Below, one piece after another: positions 29,148 through 39,230 of a DNA stretch of 64,000 nt (position 1 is the first letter of the stretch; each line of letters begins with the position of its first letter). The notes under the pieces were generated by a model. It was not told where the DNA came from and ran no database searches. It worked only from the letters and a program-made list of their open reading frames with translations. The stretch covers positions 544,001 through 608,000 of the forward strand of contig CAWJRG010000010.1 of assembly GCA_963845185.1 (NCBI GenBank). The letters run 5' to 3'. Position numbers and translations under genes: made by a program. This DNA comes from an uncultured bacterium. Its GTDB lineage: Bacteria > Oederibacteriota > PGYV01 > CAWJRG01.

Positions 29148-29223
29148 GTCATTATGGCAGTCAAATAGTCCTGTGGACTATTTGACGGGTAGTCTCCATA
29201 AGTTATCATAATAAAAGCTACCC
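29148..29223 (-). repeat. Second copy of the two-hairpin module ending in TAATGAC
   Basis: Minus strand GGGTAG..CTACCC GTCAAATAGTCC-ACA-GGACTATTTGAC TGCCATAATGAC. Confidence 0.7.
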
Positions 29224-29245
29224 AACAAAGTATTATGAAATCTTG

Positions 29246-29284
29246 TACCCACTCAAGTCCCGAGCTTGCGAGGGACAAGCGGTA
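29246..29284. repeat. 39-bp TACCCRCTCAAG...AGCGGTA element
   Basis: Related to 18516-18554; internal GTCCC..GGGAC stem. Confidence 0.55.
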
Positions 29285-29315
29285 CTGTTATTATGTATTT
29301 TATCTTTTTTCAATC

Positions 29316-31022
29316 CTAAAATCCAAATTCCAAAATTTTCTTTGTTATTTCTTCCACTGAGAACGGCATGCCGTTGTATTTCAATATCCTGTTCTTTATT
29401 TCAATGCCTGTGCTGAGTTTGATAAGCTGACCGAACTGGCAGGTGGCATTATTCTCGATGATAATGGTATTTTTTGCCTTACTGATATACGCTGCCGTAC
29501 TTTCATGCAAAGGATAAACCTGGGAAAAATGTAAAAAAGTAATTTGTTTGTTGCCAATTTTTTCAAGAGCTTCCTTTATTATATTATATGTGGATCCCCA
29601 ACCTACCACCAGGGTTTCATAATCACGACTGCCTATAAGCTCGGGTTCGATTATTTCCTTTTTTATTTCACCAAGCTTCTTTAACCTTTTCTCAACCATT
29701 TTGACCCTTACATTATCCATGTCTTCGGTTATATAGCCGTCCTCGGTATGCTCGTCGCTGTCCGCATGTACCCTGCCTGTTCCGAAGCCCGGAATCCCGC
29801 GCGGTGATATGCCGTTTTCCGTAAATTTATACCTCTGGTAATCTTCCTTTGTTTCCACTATAAACCTTTCTATTTTTAAGCCGTCAACTTTGAATTCAGG
29901 GGTATTATAATACGTGTCAGCCAGATATTGATCGCTTAAAATAATCACAGGGCTCTGGAATTTATCAGCCATATTAAAAGCTTTTTGTGACATGTAAAAC
30001 GCCTGTTCTGTATTTCCCGGAGCCAAAATAATCCTGGGGAATTCGCCATGCCCGGAATAAAGCGCGAAATTCAAATCCCCCTGTTCAGTCCTGGTGGGCA
30101 GCCCTGTCGCCGGCCCCGGCCTCTGCGCCAGGTAAACCACAATTGGCAGCTCAAGCATGCCTGCCAGGCTCAAGCCCTCGACCATTAAGGCAAACCCGCC
30201 GCCTGATGTCGTAACAAGCGCCCTTGCGCCGGCGTACCATGCTCCAAGCGCCATGTTTATCACGCCTATTTCATCCTCGACCTGCTCTACAACTATATCA
30301 AGATTTTTTGAGTACGCCGCCATAGCTGTAAAAACGCCTGTCGAAGGCGTCATGGGGTAAGCGCACGTGAAATCGCATCCGCCCGCGATTGCCCCGAGCG
30401 CAGCGGCGTCCGAGCCGCTCATCATTATTTCATTTTTAGCAACCGGATCCTTATCTATTATTATGCTGATTATTTTATTCTTAATTAATTCCCCGCCTAT
30501 GTTATAACCTATGCCTGCGGCTTCAATATTTTTATCAGAAATTTCCTGCCCCTTTTTGTGAAAATAACCTAAAATAAAATCAGCCATTGCTTTTTTATCA
30601 ACCTGCAGCAAGCCGCATATTGCGCCTGTAGCTATGGTACTAGAATAAATGGCATTGCCTATGTCTGAGGCAAGTTTCTGGAAAGGTATATTTAGAACAC
30701 GGCTGTCTTTCAGCAGGTCTTTTTCACCCAGTATGACCGTATCTTTTGTTATCCTGTTTTGAAGGTGAGGTATCGAGTCTTTGTCGAGCGGCACCAGTAT
30801 ATTTATCCTGTCCACATAAGCAGAGGCTTTTTTTGACGAAACCCTGATTTCCGTAGAGTTAGTGCCACCCCTTATGCGCGACATGTATTCCTTTGTAGCA
30901 AAAACATTATAGCCGTCTTTTTTCAGGATATTTACAAGCAGGTTTTCTATGGACTGTATCCCCTGCCCTGCTTCGCCAGCCAGCACTATGGATACTTCAT
31001 TTTTAAATTCAATAGTTGACAT
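29316..31022 (-). CDS. korA: 2-oxoacid:ferredoxin oxidoreductase alpha subunit (gamma-alpha fusion)
   Basis: [45 protein letters not shown]. Confidence 0.9.
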   Translation of the reverse strand: MSTIEFKNEVSIVLAGEAGQGIQSIENLLVNILKKDGYNVFATKEYMSRIRGGTNSTEIRVSSKKASAYVDRINILVPLDKDSIPHLQNRITKDTVILGEKDLLKDSRVLNIPFQKLASDIGNAIYSSTIATGAICGLLQVDKKAMADFILGYFHKKGQEISDKNIEAAGIGYNIGGELIKNKIISIIIDKDPVAKNEIMMSGSDAAALGAIAGGCDFTCAYPMTPSTGVFTAMAAYSKNLDIVVEQVEDEIGVINMALGAWYAGARALVTTSGGGFALMVEGLSLAGMLELPIVVYLAQRPGPATGLPTRTEQGDLNFALYSGHGEFPRIILAPGNTEQAFYMSQKAFNMADKFQSPVIILSDQYLADTYYNTPEFKVDGLKIERFIVETKEDYQRYKFTENGISPRGIPGFGTGRVHADSDEHTEDGYITEDMDNVRVKMVEKRLKKLGEIKKEIIEPELIGSRDYETLVVGWGSTYNIIKEALEKIGNKQITFLHFSQVYPLHESTAAYISKAKNTIIIENNATCQFGQLIKLSTGIEIKNRILKYNGMPFSVEEITKKILEFGF

Positions 31023-31046
31023 TTAAACCCCTGATTGTTTATAAAT

Positions 31047-31074
31047 GTAGAGACACGCCATGGCGTGTCTCTAC
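31047..31074. repeat. 28-bp GTAG-family REP-like palindrome (unoccupied)
   Basis: Identical to 23022-23049. Confidence 0.92.
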
Positions 31075-31084
31075 ATTAGTGCAA

Positions 31085-31660
31085 TTAATAATTTTCCTCT
31101 TTTATCTCGTAATAAGCAGTCGGGTGCAGGCATGCAGGACACTTTTCCGGCGCCTCTTTTCCCTCGTGAACGTAACCGCAATTCCTGCATTTCCACCTGA
31201 CCACTTTATCCTTTTTAAAAGCAAGGCCTTTTTCAATATTTTCCAGAAGTTTCCTGTAACGCATTTCATGCTGTATTTCAACTTTTGCAATATACCTGTA
31301 ACAGGCCGCGATTTCCTTGAAACCTTCTTTTTCAGCTATATCAGCTGCGTCCGGATAAAGCTTTGTGTGCTCCATCCTTTCGCCGTCAGCGGCTTCCTTC
31401 AAATTTTGTGCCGTAGTCCCGATTATACCGGCAGGAAAACTTGCGGTTATTTCCACTTCCCCGCCTTCCAAAAATTTAAAAAACCTCTTGCCGTGCTCTT
31501 TTTCATTCTCTGCGGTTTCAAGGAAAAACCCTGCTATTTGTTCATACCCTTCCTTTTTTGCAGCTGATGCGAAAAACGTGTACCTGTTCCTTGCCTGAGA
31601 CTCGCCTGCAAAAGCCGCGAGCAGATTTTTTTCTGTCTGTGTGCCTTTAATGCTTGCCAT
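31085..31660 (-). CDS. rbr: Rubrerythrin
   Basis: AFAGESQARNRY, ENEKEH, EIQHE, C-terminal CRNCG...CPAC. Confidence 0.95.
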   Translation of the reverse strand: MASIKGTQTEKNLLAAFAGESQARNRYTFFASAAKKEGYEQIAGFFLETAENEKEHGKRFFKFLEGGEVEITASFPAGIIGTTAQNLKEAADGERMEHTKLYPDAADIAEKEGFKEIAACYRYIAKVEIQHEMRYRKLLENIEKGLAFKKDKVVRWKCRNCGYVHEGKEAPEKCPACLHPTAYYEIKEENY

Positions 31661-31670
31661 CATTACCTCC

Positions 31671-31747
31671 GGTTTAATGTTTTGTGTTTAAAGTTTAATG
31701 TAGCGTCTTGTGTTCAACCTTGAACATTAAACTTTCAACTTTAAACA
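31671..31747. repeat. Heptamer inverted tandem repeat
   Basis: GGTTTAA TGTTTTG TGTTTAA AGTTTAA ... TTGAACA TTAAACT TTCAACT TTAAACA. Confidence 0.7.
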
Positions 31748-31751
31748 GTTT

Positions 31752-32132
31752 TTATTTCGTCCACAGTCCGTGCTTATTGCATAACTCCCTTGCCTGCGCA
31801 ACATTCCCGATGGCAACGTTAAAAATTGCCTCTGGTTTATTACCTGGGCTAAGGTCTTTTCTCAAAACATATCCGTCTTTTGTTATAACCTCGATAAATT
31901 GAATCCAGTGGTCAGTTTCCATAGGATGCGGCACTGCCCCTATTTTTACAATCACGCCGCTGCCTGATGCTTCAACAACAGGCAAATGCTTTTCTCCCGC
32001 GCCTTCCTTTGTTTTCTCATCCATAAGCTTCATTTCTTCCCCGCAGCAGATAATCGGGGATCCGCCTTCAATTAAAACCTCGACAACATTTCCGCATTTC
32101 AAGCACTTGTAAATTCCCATTTTCATTGCCAT
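31752..32132 (-). CDS. dfx: Desulfoferrodoxin (2Fe superoxide reductase)
   Basis: CLKCGN, CCGEEM, EKHLP, HPMETDHWI, CNKHGLW. Confidence 0.95.
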   Translation of the reverse strand: MAMKMGIYKCLKCGNVVEVLIEGGSPIICCGEEMKLMDEKTKEGAGEKHLPVVEASGSGVIVKIGAVPHPMETDHWIQFIEVITKDGYVLRKDLSPGNKPEAIFNVAIGNVAQARELCNKHGLWTK

Positions 32133-32654
32133 CTTTACACCTCCATTTGATTTTTTTGCTTGATTACTTATTTTAACAAGCCTATTTCCTTGTGTTTTCT
32201 TGCAATATCACTGGCCAGCCTTTCAAGCTCCTTAAAATCATTTTCTTTTGGAAGTCCTTTTGAAATCACGGGAGTCAAAAGCTCAGCCTTAAAATTTGTC
32301 AGCATGCCTTTCACAACTTCGCCGGCTTTTTCTCCCCAGCCGTAAGAACTTATCAATGAAATAAATTTTGTTTTCGGTCTTAAGGCATTAGCGAGGTATA
32401 CAGCGTAAGCACCCATGGGGTGTATACCGGCAAGCACGGTCGGCGCGCCCAGCACCAGTGTCGCGGCGTCTACAAGTTTCATGGCAAGCTGGCCTATATC
32501 AGCCACGGTCAGGTTGAAAAAGGCAACGTTTATTTTTTTTTCAACAAGCAAATCCCTTAAATATACAGCCATCTTCTTCACGCTGTCGTGCATGGAGACA
32601 TAGGCAAGGATAACCTCGTTTTTCACGTCGTCCGATGCCCATTCCTTATAATAA

Positions 32655-34331
32655 CTGGTATCCGTCATATCAAAATCAACCAGCCTATTTTCATCATTAA
32701 TTTTACTCCAAATGATGTCAAAATCAAGAGAAATGTTTTTATTCTGTTGGTTCAATGAAATATTTTCCTCCAAACTATACCGATTACCCGATTTTTCGGT
32801 CTAATCTTTCCCAATTCCATATTTTTAGACAAGCCTGTCCAATCATTTTTGTTTGCTCCTCTATAAATATGTTACATGTTACCAAGCCAATTCTATCAGC
32901 CGCTTGCCGGGCGTAATTTCCGAATATTATGCATTAAACCGGAAAATATCTTTGCTGTAATAGAAACCTCGGCCAATAACAACCAGTAATACCTGGCATG
33001 TTTTATTAATCTGCCACCTATTTTTATCAACTTTAACTGTATCGTTTTTAACGACCAGTGTTTTATCTTCTTTGGTAAAACCAGGTCCGTAAGAAATTTC
33101 CTGAATTATATGCCAAAATAAATAATTTCAATCTCGCTTCATTCTCCTTAAATCTCTTGCAGGATAGCTTCGTCCAATTCAGCGTGTGTTTTCCCTCCTT
33201 GATCCATTGTTCGCAAGTACCACGTTTGTTATAAAATTTTACTGCTTTTTTATCGAGCCAGTTTAAACTTGTTATAATAAATCCCACCCGCGGAAACAAT
33301 TCGCCATGGTGATATTCTATTTTTGCAATCACTCTTCTTTTTTTATTCCACGACTTGGCTCGATACATAAAATCTTTATACAGCGTGATGAACTTTTTGT
33401 CGGTTTTTTTGACGGGCTTTTTCAGTAAGCCGGATATCTCTTCTGCAAGGCAATTATTCTCTCTTAGCCTAATGACGTATTCTACGCCAAGTTCTTCGCA
33501 GAGTTCATATAATTCCGGTATCCCAAAAGCCGCGTCTGCACGGAAGGTGACTTTAAACCCTTTGCTGATATAATTTCTTAAAACGGGTTCGATAAACTCC
33601 AACCACGCATCGGCGCTATGGACATTACCCGGTCTTAATTTTGCCTTAAGACAATCTCCAAATTGATTGAAACAGAAAAGGGGGTGATAACATTTTGATC
33701 CGAAATAACCGTTATAAGCGCTTCCTTCCTGTTCACCATATACCGGGCTTTCGGACGAATCCAAATCAAGCACTATTTTTTTAACGCCCCTAATCTTATC
33801 CGCTTTGCCTATCCAATTCATTAACATCTCATCGAGTTTTTCCAGGTTATTTCCTTCGGTGAGTATTTCTGTTTCGAATTTTCCAACAGTGGCCTCACTG
33901 CTGCCATTTCTCTGTAATGCCCGGTCACCAAGTACTGCCCTTAAAGAAGGGTCGTTCCTTAGTTGCTTGGCATCATTTACATCTTCGTAGCCCGCCAAAC
34001 GGCTATATATGGATTGTCGTAAAAGTTCGGTTAAGTCATGTTGAATATTTCTTCCGTTTCTTTTATCAGTCAGGTGTTTTTCAGCCAAAATAGTCAGACC
34101 CATTTTTTCATCAAGTTCTCGAATAGCAATTAATCCACCGTCCGACGTAATTTCAGAACCCTTAAAATATGCTTTTACTTTGTCAGTAAAACTGAATTTA
34201 AAACAGTGTTTTTTCGCTTCACCCATTAGGTGTCCTCCTTTTTACAGCTCAAAAACTTTTATTTACCTTATTATATAATACTTTTAGCCCTTTTTCATTC
34301 TCTTTTATGAATTTGATATAACGGATGCGGG
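32655..34331 (-). mobile_element. IS1380-family IS (1677 bp)
   Basis: IRs CTGGTATCCGTCATATCAAAATC vs CCCGCATCCGTTATATCAAATTC; TSD AATAA (32650-32654, 34332-34336). Confidence 0.92.
32896..34226 (-). pseudogene. IS1380 transposase with a frameshift near the C-terminus
   Basis: ITSDGGL, LDLDSS, RADAAF, YNKRGTCEQWIKEGK; ORF stops at 33063 while the tail HWSLKTIQLKLIKIGGRLIKHAR continues in another frame to 32896. Confidence 0.8.
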
Positions 34332-35045
34332 AATAATTGATTATCCTTTCAGGTTTCGTGTAGACAATGCCGTGCGACGGCGCTATTATTTCAATCTGTA
34401 AATCCTTTATTTTCTCAATGTTTGCCCTCACGTTGCTCCTGAAAGGCGACATTATTTCCGCGTAGTATCTTTTTGCCTTTTCATAAACCCCGTCGTCGTT
34501 GAACAAATCCGAAGTGGCAAAATGCGACCCGAAAAAATCACACGAAAAAAGTATTTTATCCTCGGCCACGTAAGTGCCCATTGTCTCTGGCCAGTGCACC
34601 CACGGCGTAAGGATAAATTCAAGCGTTTTGTTGCCGAGTGAAATTTTTTCCCTGTCAGCCACTGTTATAAATTTTTCCTCCGGTATCAGGAGTAGGTCTT
34701 TGAGCATGCTTTTGCATTTCTCGTTTGTAACTACTTTTGCTTCGGGATATTCCTTCAGCACCCTCGGTATGCCTCCGGAATGGTCCTGTTCTGCGTGATG
34801 TGAAACTATATAGTCAATCTTTTTTACGCCTGCTTTTTTCAGGTTGCCAATAAGCTCTTCTTCTTTTGCCGGATCAGCCGTATCTATAAGAGCTGTTTTT
34901 TCACTCCCCTTGATAATATATGCATTATAGCTTGTCCCGTCAGGCAGGGGTATAAGTTCGTCAAATAATCTCCTGTCCCAGTGTATTGTACCGACATAAT
35001 ATATGTCTTTTTTTATTTCTTTTGCCATTCCTTTTCACCTTCCTG

Positions 35046-35504
35046 TTATTTGCATTTGCACGGGCCTTTTTTTATATGGCCTTTTTTCATGCTGTACTTT
35101 TCTATAAGCCTTGCCAGCTTTATGTCTTTTAAATACTTGTTCATGCATTCGGCAAGCCCTATCCATATTTTACGCATTTCACAATTTTTAGACCTGCTGC
35201 AAATTTTTGAGTCAAGAACGCAATCAACCGGGCCGATTTTATTTTCAACCGCCAGAATTACGTCATACAGGCTTATTTTTGCCGGACTTTCCGCAAACTT
35301 AAACCCGCCTTTTTCCCCTTTTACGCTTTTAAGATAGCCTTTTTCCCCAAGCAGTAAAAAAATGGTTTCAAGGTACCTTCCTGATAAACCCTGCTCCCGC
35401 GCTATCTCCTTGATTGTTACAGGCTCGCCTTTTTTGCATTTTGCAAATTTTCCTAGGTTTACAAGGGCCCTTATTGCGTATCTGCTTCTGGTAGAAATTG
35501 CCAT
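35046..35504 (-). CDS. Rrf2-family transcriptional regulator (3-Cys, Fe-S type)
   Basis: STRSRYAIRAL, RYLETIF, KSVKGEKGGF, C-x6-C-x5-C; GGAGG RBS. Confidence 0.9.
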   Translation of the reverse strand: MAISTRSRYAIRALVNLGKFAKCKKGEPVTIKEIAREQGLSGRYLETIFLLLGEKGYLKSVKGEKGGFKFAESPAKISLYDVILAVENKIGPVDCVLDSKICSRSKNCEMRKIWIGLAECMNKYLKDIKLARLIEKYSMKKGHIKKGPCKCK

Positions 35505-35641
35505 TTTCCACTCCTCCGGATAAAACAAGTCGCTATGCCTTCTATTCGGGAATAGGCTGAAGACAGGTAATATTTACCTGACTTTTAAGAATAACGTAAA
35601 GTAAACTACATCGGTCAATTTTTCATGCCTTATCACGGATA

Positions 35642-35670
35642 ATTATACTATTTAGCCGCTTTATGGTCAA
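35642..35670 (-). promoter_or_regulatory. Sigma70-type promoter of the Rrf2-fprA run
   Basis: TTGACC-17 nt-TATAAT. Confidence 0.65.
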
Positions 35671-35905
35671 ATGGGTTTTAAACTGCTTTGCCCATCTAGC
35701 CTTTCAAAGACCTTTTAAATATGTAAAACCCCGGGATCCGGGTTTCCATTTTATGTTTACTTTTAATTTATTTTATTTTCACATTCTTCCCTGTATAACA
35801 ATTAATTATATTTACTTTTTATCGACTTTTTTCTACGAAGGGCACACGCCTAATTATCGTGCTGGCTGTATAAATCTGGAATTGAAAAATTATATGATTT
35901 ATTTA

Positions 35906-36556
35906 TTAGTGTTTTATATAAAACCTTGCGGAACTCAGTACATTTTCAGACCCGCCTGCCGGACTGCCGTAAGTCGACATTTTTAAAATTTCTCCGAAAT
36001 TTCCGTCGCCGTCCATCCATTCTTCATCCACTATGTCCGACACATTGTCGTTCGGCATTTCGACTGTGTTGGATGTTGCAAGCAGGATAAAATGCCCGTC
36101 TTCGGTTTTTAATCCTATTTGAACCATGTAGCACTTTCCCGGTTCGTTTATCTTGATGTACCAGTTATCCGCACCGCCGCTGATAATAATATCTCCACAC
36201 GTTTGCTTTTTATTACCGGCCTGTATTTCGTTTATTCTTAAGGCAAGGCCGTAATTCCCCCACTCTTTCCTTATTTCCTTTATTTTTTGTTCCATGAGTT
36301 CGTTTGAAATATCCCAAAAAGCAAAACACCAGTATGGATCCCTTACAAGCAGCACTATCTTATTGTCATAATACCTGTCCGGTATATTATCTTCTTTTGA
36401 AGATTGCATTATATTATTATAAATTATTCCCTGTTCCTGCCACGCAGGTTCAGCCTTAGGAACCTGGCCGATATCCCTGTTTTTTAATTTCCCGGTCTTT
36501 GGCAATTTTATTTTTCCTGTTTTATTATCATGCTTTTTTTTGCCTGTGTTTTTCAT
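35906..36556 (-). CDS. DUF4912-like domain protein
   Basis: PDRYYDNKIVLLVRDPYWCFAFWDI, NWYI, LATSNTVEMP; start uncertain. Confidence 0.75.
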   Translation of the reverse strand: MKNTGKKKHDNKTGKIKLPKTGKLKNRDIGQVPKAEPAWQEQGIIYNNIMQSSKEDNIPDRYYDNKIVLLVRDPYWCFAFWDISNELMEQKIKEIRKEWGNYGLALRINEIQAGNKKQTCGDIIISGGADNWYIKINEPGKCYMVQIGLKTEDGHFILLATSNTVEMPNDNVSDIVDEEWMDGDGNFGEILKMSTYGSPAGGSENVLSSARFYIKH

Positions 36557-36578
36557 GCTAGCCACATCCTTTTTAAGT

Positions 36579-36962
36579 TTATTCGCGTTCAAAAAAATCG
36601 TGCCTTCTTATAGCCTTATCTTCTATAAATTCTTCCAGGAAAATAATATCCTCGGCTTTCAGCGCCACAAAATTTATGCCTGATTCGTAAGTATTAGGAC
36701 TGCCGTTTTGCCTGGACCATATGACTTCACCAAAGGATTTTATTACTCTTTTATTCAGGTATAATTCTATTTTTACCATGCTTTCTTTCTCGAGCTTATT
36801 GGGCGTTACAATACAGACCCCTCTTTTACCTAAGTTCTTTATTTTTACCATTTCATAATCAAAATTCGGCCTTTCTGCACTCGAATCAAGCTTTTTAAAC
36901 TTGGCTTTGGCTTCTATATCAATCCTCGTGTGGTCTCTCCTTTCCCCAAAATTTATTTCCAT
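36579..36962 (-). CDS. Stand-alone PilZ domain protein
   Basis: ERRDHTR (RxxxR), NLGKRG (degenerate D/NxSxxG), GEVIW, GINF. Confidence 0.8.
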   Translation of the reverse strand: MEINFGERRDHTRIDIEAKAKFKKLDSSAERPNFDYEMVKIKNLGKRGVCIVTPNKLEKESMVKIELYLNKRVIKSFGEVIWSRQNGSPNTYESGINFVALKAEDIIFLEEFIEDKAIRRHDFFERE

Positions 36963-37132
36963 ATCGTATCACCTCCTTATTTATGCAATATGCATTCCGG
37001 ATTCGCTTTCATTAAAAACTATCCGGACTTTCATTTTCAGCCTTACTTTCTAAGCATATGTAACCCCGCCTTTACAGGTGGACGCCTTTAAAAAATTTTC
37101 TATTATACTACCTTTGCGTAGCGTGATTAAAC

Positions 37133-37333
37133 TCAGGTTGCCACTTCTTCGCTTATTGAAATCGCGCCTACCGGACACATTATCTCGGCTTTTAAACACG
37201 CCTTTTTCATTTCAGCGTTCATTAATATCTGCTCTATCACCGTATTGCCGCCTACTTTTTTGAATACCTCCGGGCATATCTTCATGCAGTCACCGAAGCC
37301 TATGCACAAATAGGAATTTATTTTTATTATCAT
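37133..37333 (-). CDS. Small monocluster ferredoxin
   Basis: CIGFGDCMKICPEVF...CPVGAI; start uncertain (37333/37339/37342). Confidence 0.75.
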   Translation of the reverse strand: MIIKINSYLCIGFGDCMKICPEVFKKVGGNTVIEQILMNAEMKKACLKAEIMCPVGAISISEEVAT

Positions 37334-37352
37334 CTTCATCATCTCCTCGCAA

Positions 37353-37724
37353 TTACTGGCCGTTTTCAATAACGGCCTCTATTTTCGAAATAACATCCAG
37401 GGGTTTAAACGGCTTCAATAAGCTTGTGTCTATGCCGCATATGCGTAAAGTTTCTTTTTCAATGTAAAACGCGCTCACAGCTACAATAGGTATTTTCGCC
37501 GTTTCCCTGTCTCTTTTCAGCTTCCAGGCCACCTCAAGCCCGCTTATACCCGGCATCCTGATGTCGAGCAGAATTACCTCCGGGCTTGTTTTCTTCGCTT
37601 TTTTCAAAGCCGTTTCTCCGTCGTTGCATATTTCTGTTTCGTACCCGCTTAAAACAAGGGTTTCTTTTACTTCATCGGCAAATTTCATATCGTCTTCCAC
37701 TATCATTACTTTTGTTTTTTTCAT
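37353..37724 (-). CDS. Single-domain response regulator
   Basis: IVEDD, LLDIRMPG, VSA, LKPF. Confidence 0.9.
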   Translation of the reverse strand: MKKTKVMIVEDDMKFADEVKETLVLSGYETEICNDGETALKKAKKTSPEVILLDIRMPGISGLEVAWKLKRDRETAKIPIVAVSAFYIEKETLRICGIDTSLLKPFKPLDVISKIEAVIENGQ

Positions 37725-37888
37725 TTCGCGCTCTTTTGAATTTCTTTCTTCAGGCTTTTGGTCCTTTCCATATTTTGCGCCTCTTTTTTAAAATTCATTT
37801 AGCTTTAATTCGGGCAAATGCTGTAAAACTGCAGGCATTTGTTTTAGCAAAAAGGACTAAATTACCCCTGCGCTCCGGCCTGGGCATT

Positions 37889-38929
37889 TCACTCTTTCAG
37901 CTTTTTTGCCGCGTCGCTGCGGCCGACTTTTTCATAATATGCCTTAAGCATTGCATACAGGCCTGTTTCTTCGTTTGCAAATTCAAGTTTTGCTTTTTTC
38001 AGTGCCGCATCTTTCATGCCCGCCACTTTCATGCTCATTATTGCGTCATAATCATTGACTGCTTTTACGGCTTCCGGCATGGCCGAGTCAGTAAGCATTC
38101 CCCTTGCGATTGACGATAATTCAGCGTCATCGCTGTATAATGCCCTCACAATTCCGTGAAAGGCTATATCCCATGCTTTTGTCTTGACGCGGCTTTGTTT
38201 AAAAATATCATTAAGTTTTCTCAGCGCGCTTTCCCTTATCCTGTCCGACTTGTTCTTAATGTCCAGGGCTACAGACGCCATTGTCGCATCCTTATTTATG
38301 CTTTCCGCGAAATCATAGCATTCCGCGTAAATACCGTAACTCGGCCCTGTCTGGCACATGCCTTCTGTAATATCCGGGAATGCAGGGCCTGCCTTAGCCT
38401 TCATCATAGAAATGACCTCCATGGCCATTAACTTTGTCTCCCACTTATTTTCATTAAGCAGGTCCTTGAGCGCATCAAGGTCAAATTTTGACGGGTTATA
38501 TTCCATTATAAAACGCTTTATTTCACGCCTGGCAATATCGGAATTATTGTTTCCATAAGCAAGTATAAGAGGTACTACAATATATTCCCCGGCTTTTAAA
38601 TCCCTAATAACGTTGAATGTCATACGCCTTATCTCAGGATCCTGTTCATCGCCGAGCGTGTACGCAAGGTATGTGAGTACCCTTTGTTTAGACGGCGGAT
38701 CCATAATTTTAAAATCGTTAAATGCCTTTTGCCTGACTTCAGGTGTCGACGAAAGAAGGTTGTCCGGGAAAAAACTAAAAAATTTTGTAAATGTCCAGTA
38801 TTCCCTTGCCATCTGTTTTTGCGCAGGAGGCGGCGACGCGCATCCGTATAAAAAAAGGCATGCCAAAGCAAAGCCGGTGATAGTTTTTTTAATCAAATCT
38901 GCCTTACGGTTGACGGTTTCCTGTTCCAT
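37889..38929 (-). CDS. Hypothetical lipoprotein with HEAT-like helical repeats
   Basis: LYGC lipobox; PEVRQKA, DPEIRR, DRIRESAL motifs; AGGAGG RBS. Confidence 0.65.
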   Translation of the reverse strand: MEQETVNRKADLIKKTITGFALACLFLYGCASPPPAQKQMAREYWTFTKFFSFFPDNLLSSTPEVRQKAFNDFKIMDPPSKQRVLTYLAYTLGDEQDPEIRRMTFNVIRDLKAGEYIVVPLILAYGNNNSDIARREIKRFIMEYNPSKFDLDALKDLLNENKWETKLMAMEVISMMKAKAGPAFPDITEGMCQTGPSYGIYAECYDFAESINKDATMASVALDIKNKSDRIRESALRKLNDIFKQSRVKTKAWDIAFHGIVRALYSDDAELSSIARGMLTDSAMPEAVKAVNDYDAIMSMKVAGMKDAALKKAKLEFANEETGLYAMLKAYYEKVGRSDAAKKLKE

Positions 38930-39230
38930 AAAGTTCCTCCTTTTCAAAAGTTTATATTTCAAAACTTAAGTGTGCGACACCCTATACTTCACATAGACTT
39001 GTCAGAGTAATTATTTTGATTTACTTTTGATTCTTACAAAATCAAACTCTGTCAAGCCGCTCAAATCCGGGTTCTATTCCGAAAAGCGGTATTGACTTTT
39101 CAAAGTTAAGTAAATGGTAGTATTTTCTTTTAAAATATGGTATTGCCTGCTTCGCTATTTGTTTGACTTTTTTCAGATGGGTTGCGTTGATTTTTATTGG
39201 ATAGTGTTTAAAAAATTTTTAAAAAATACA

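Larger units (their letters stand above)
32168..35028 (-). pseudogene. fprA: Flavodiiron protein FprA interrupted by IS1380
   Basis: MBL part (HAEQDHSG, HWPET, APSHG) at 35028-34332 and flavodoxin part below 32654; removing the IS and one TSD restores in-frame RIINYYKEW. Confidence 0.9.

Noticed and set aside
6581..31074. Recurrent 28-bp palindromes as CRISPR repeats
   Set aside because: Dispersed kilobases apart, no spacer array and no cas genes; they fit REP-like elements.
36985..37090. Canonical c-di-GMP-I riboswitch call
   Set aside because: Core consensus segments are missing; kept only as a low-confidence finding.
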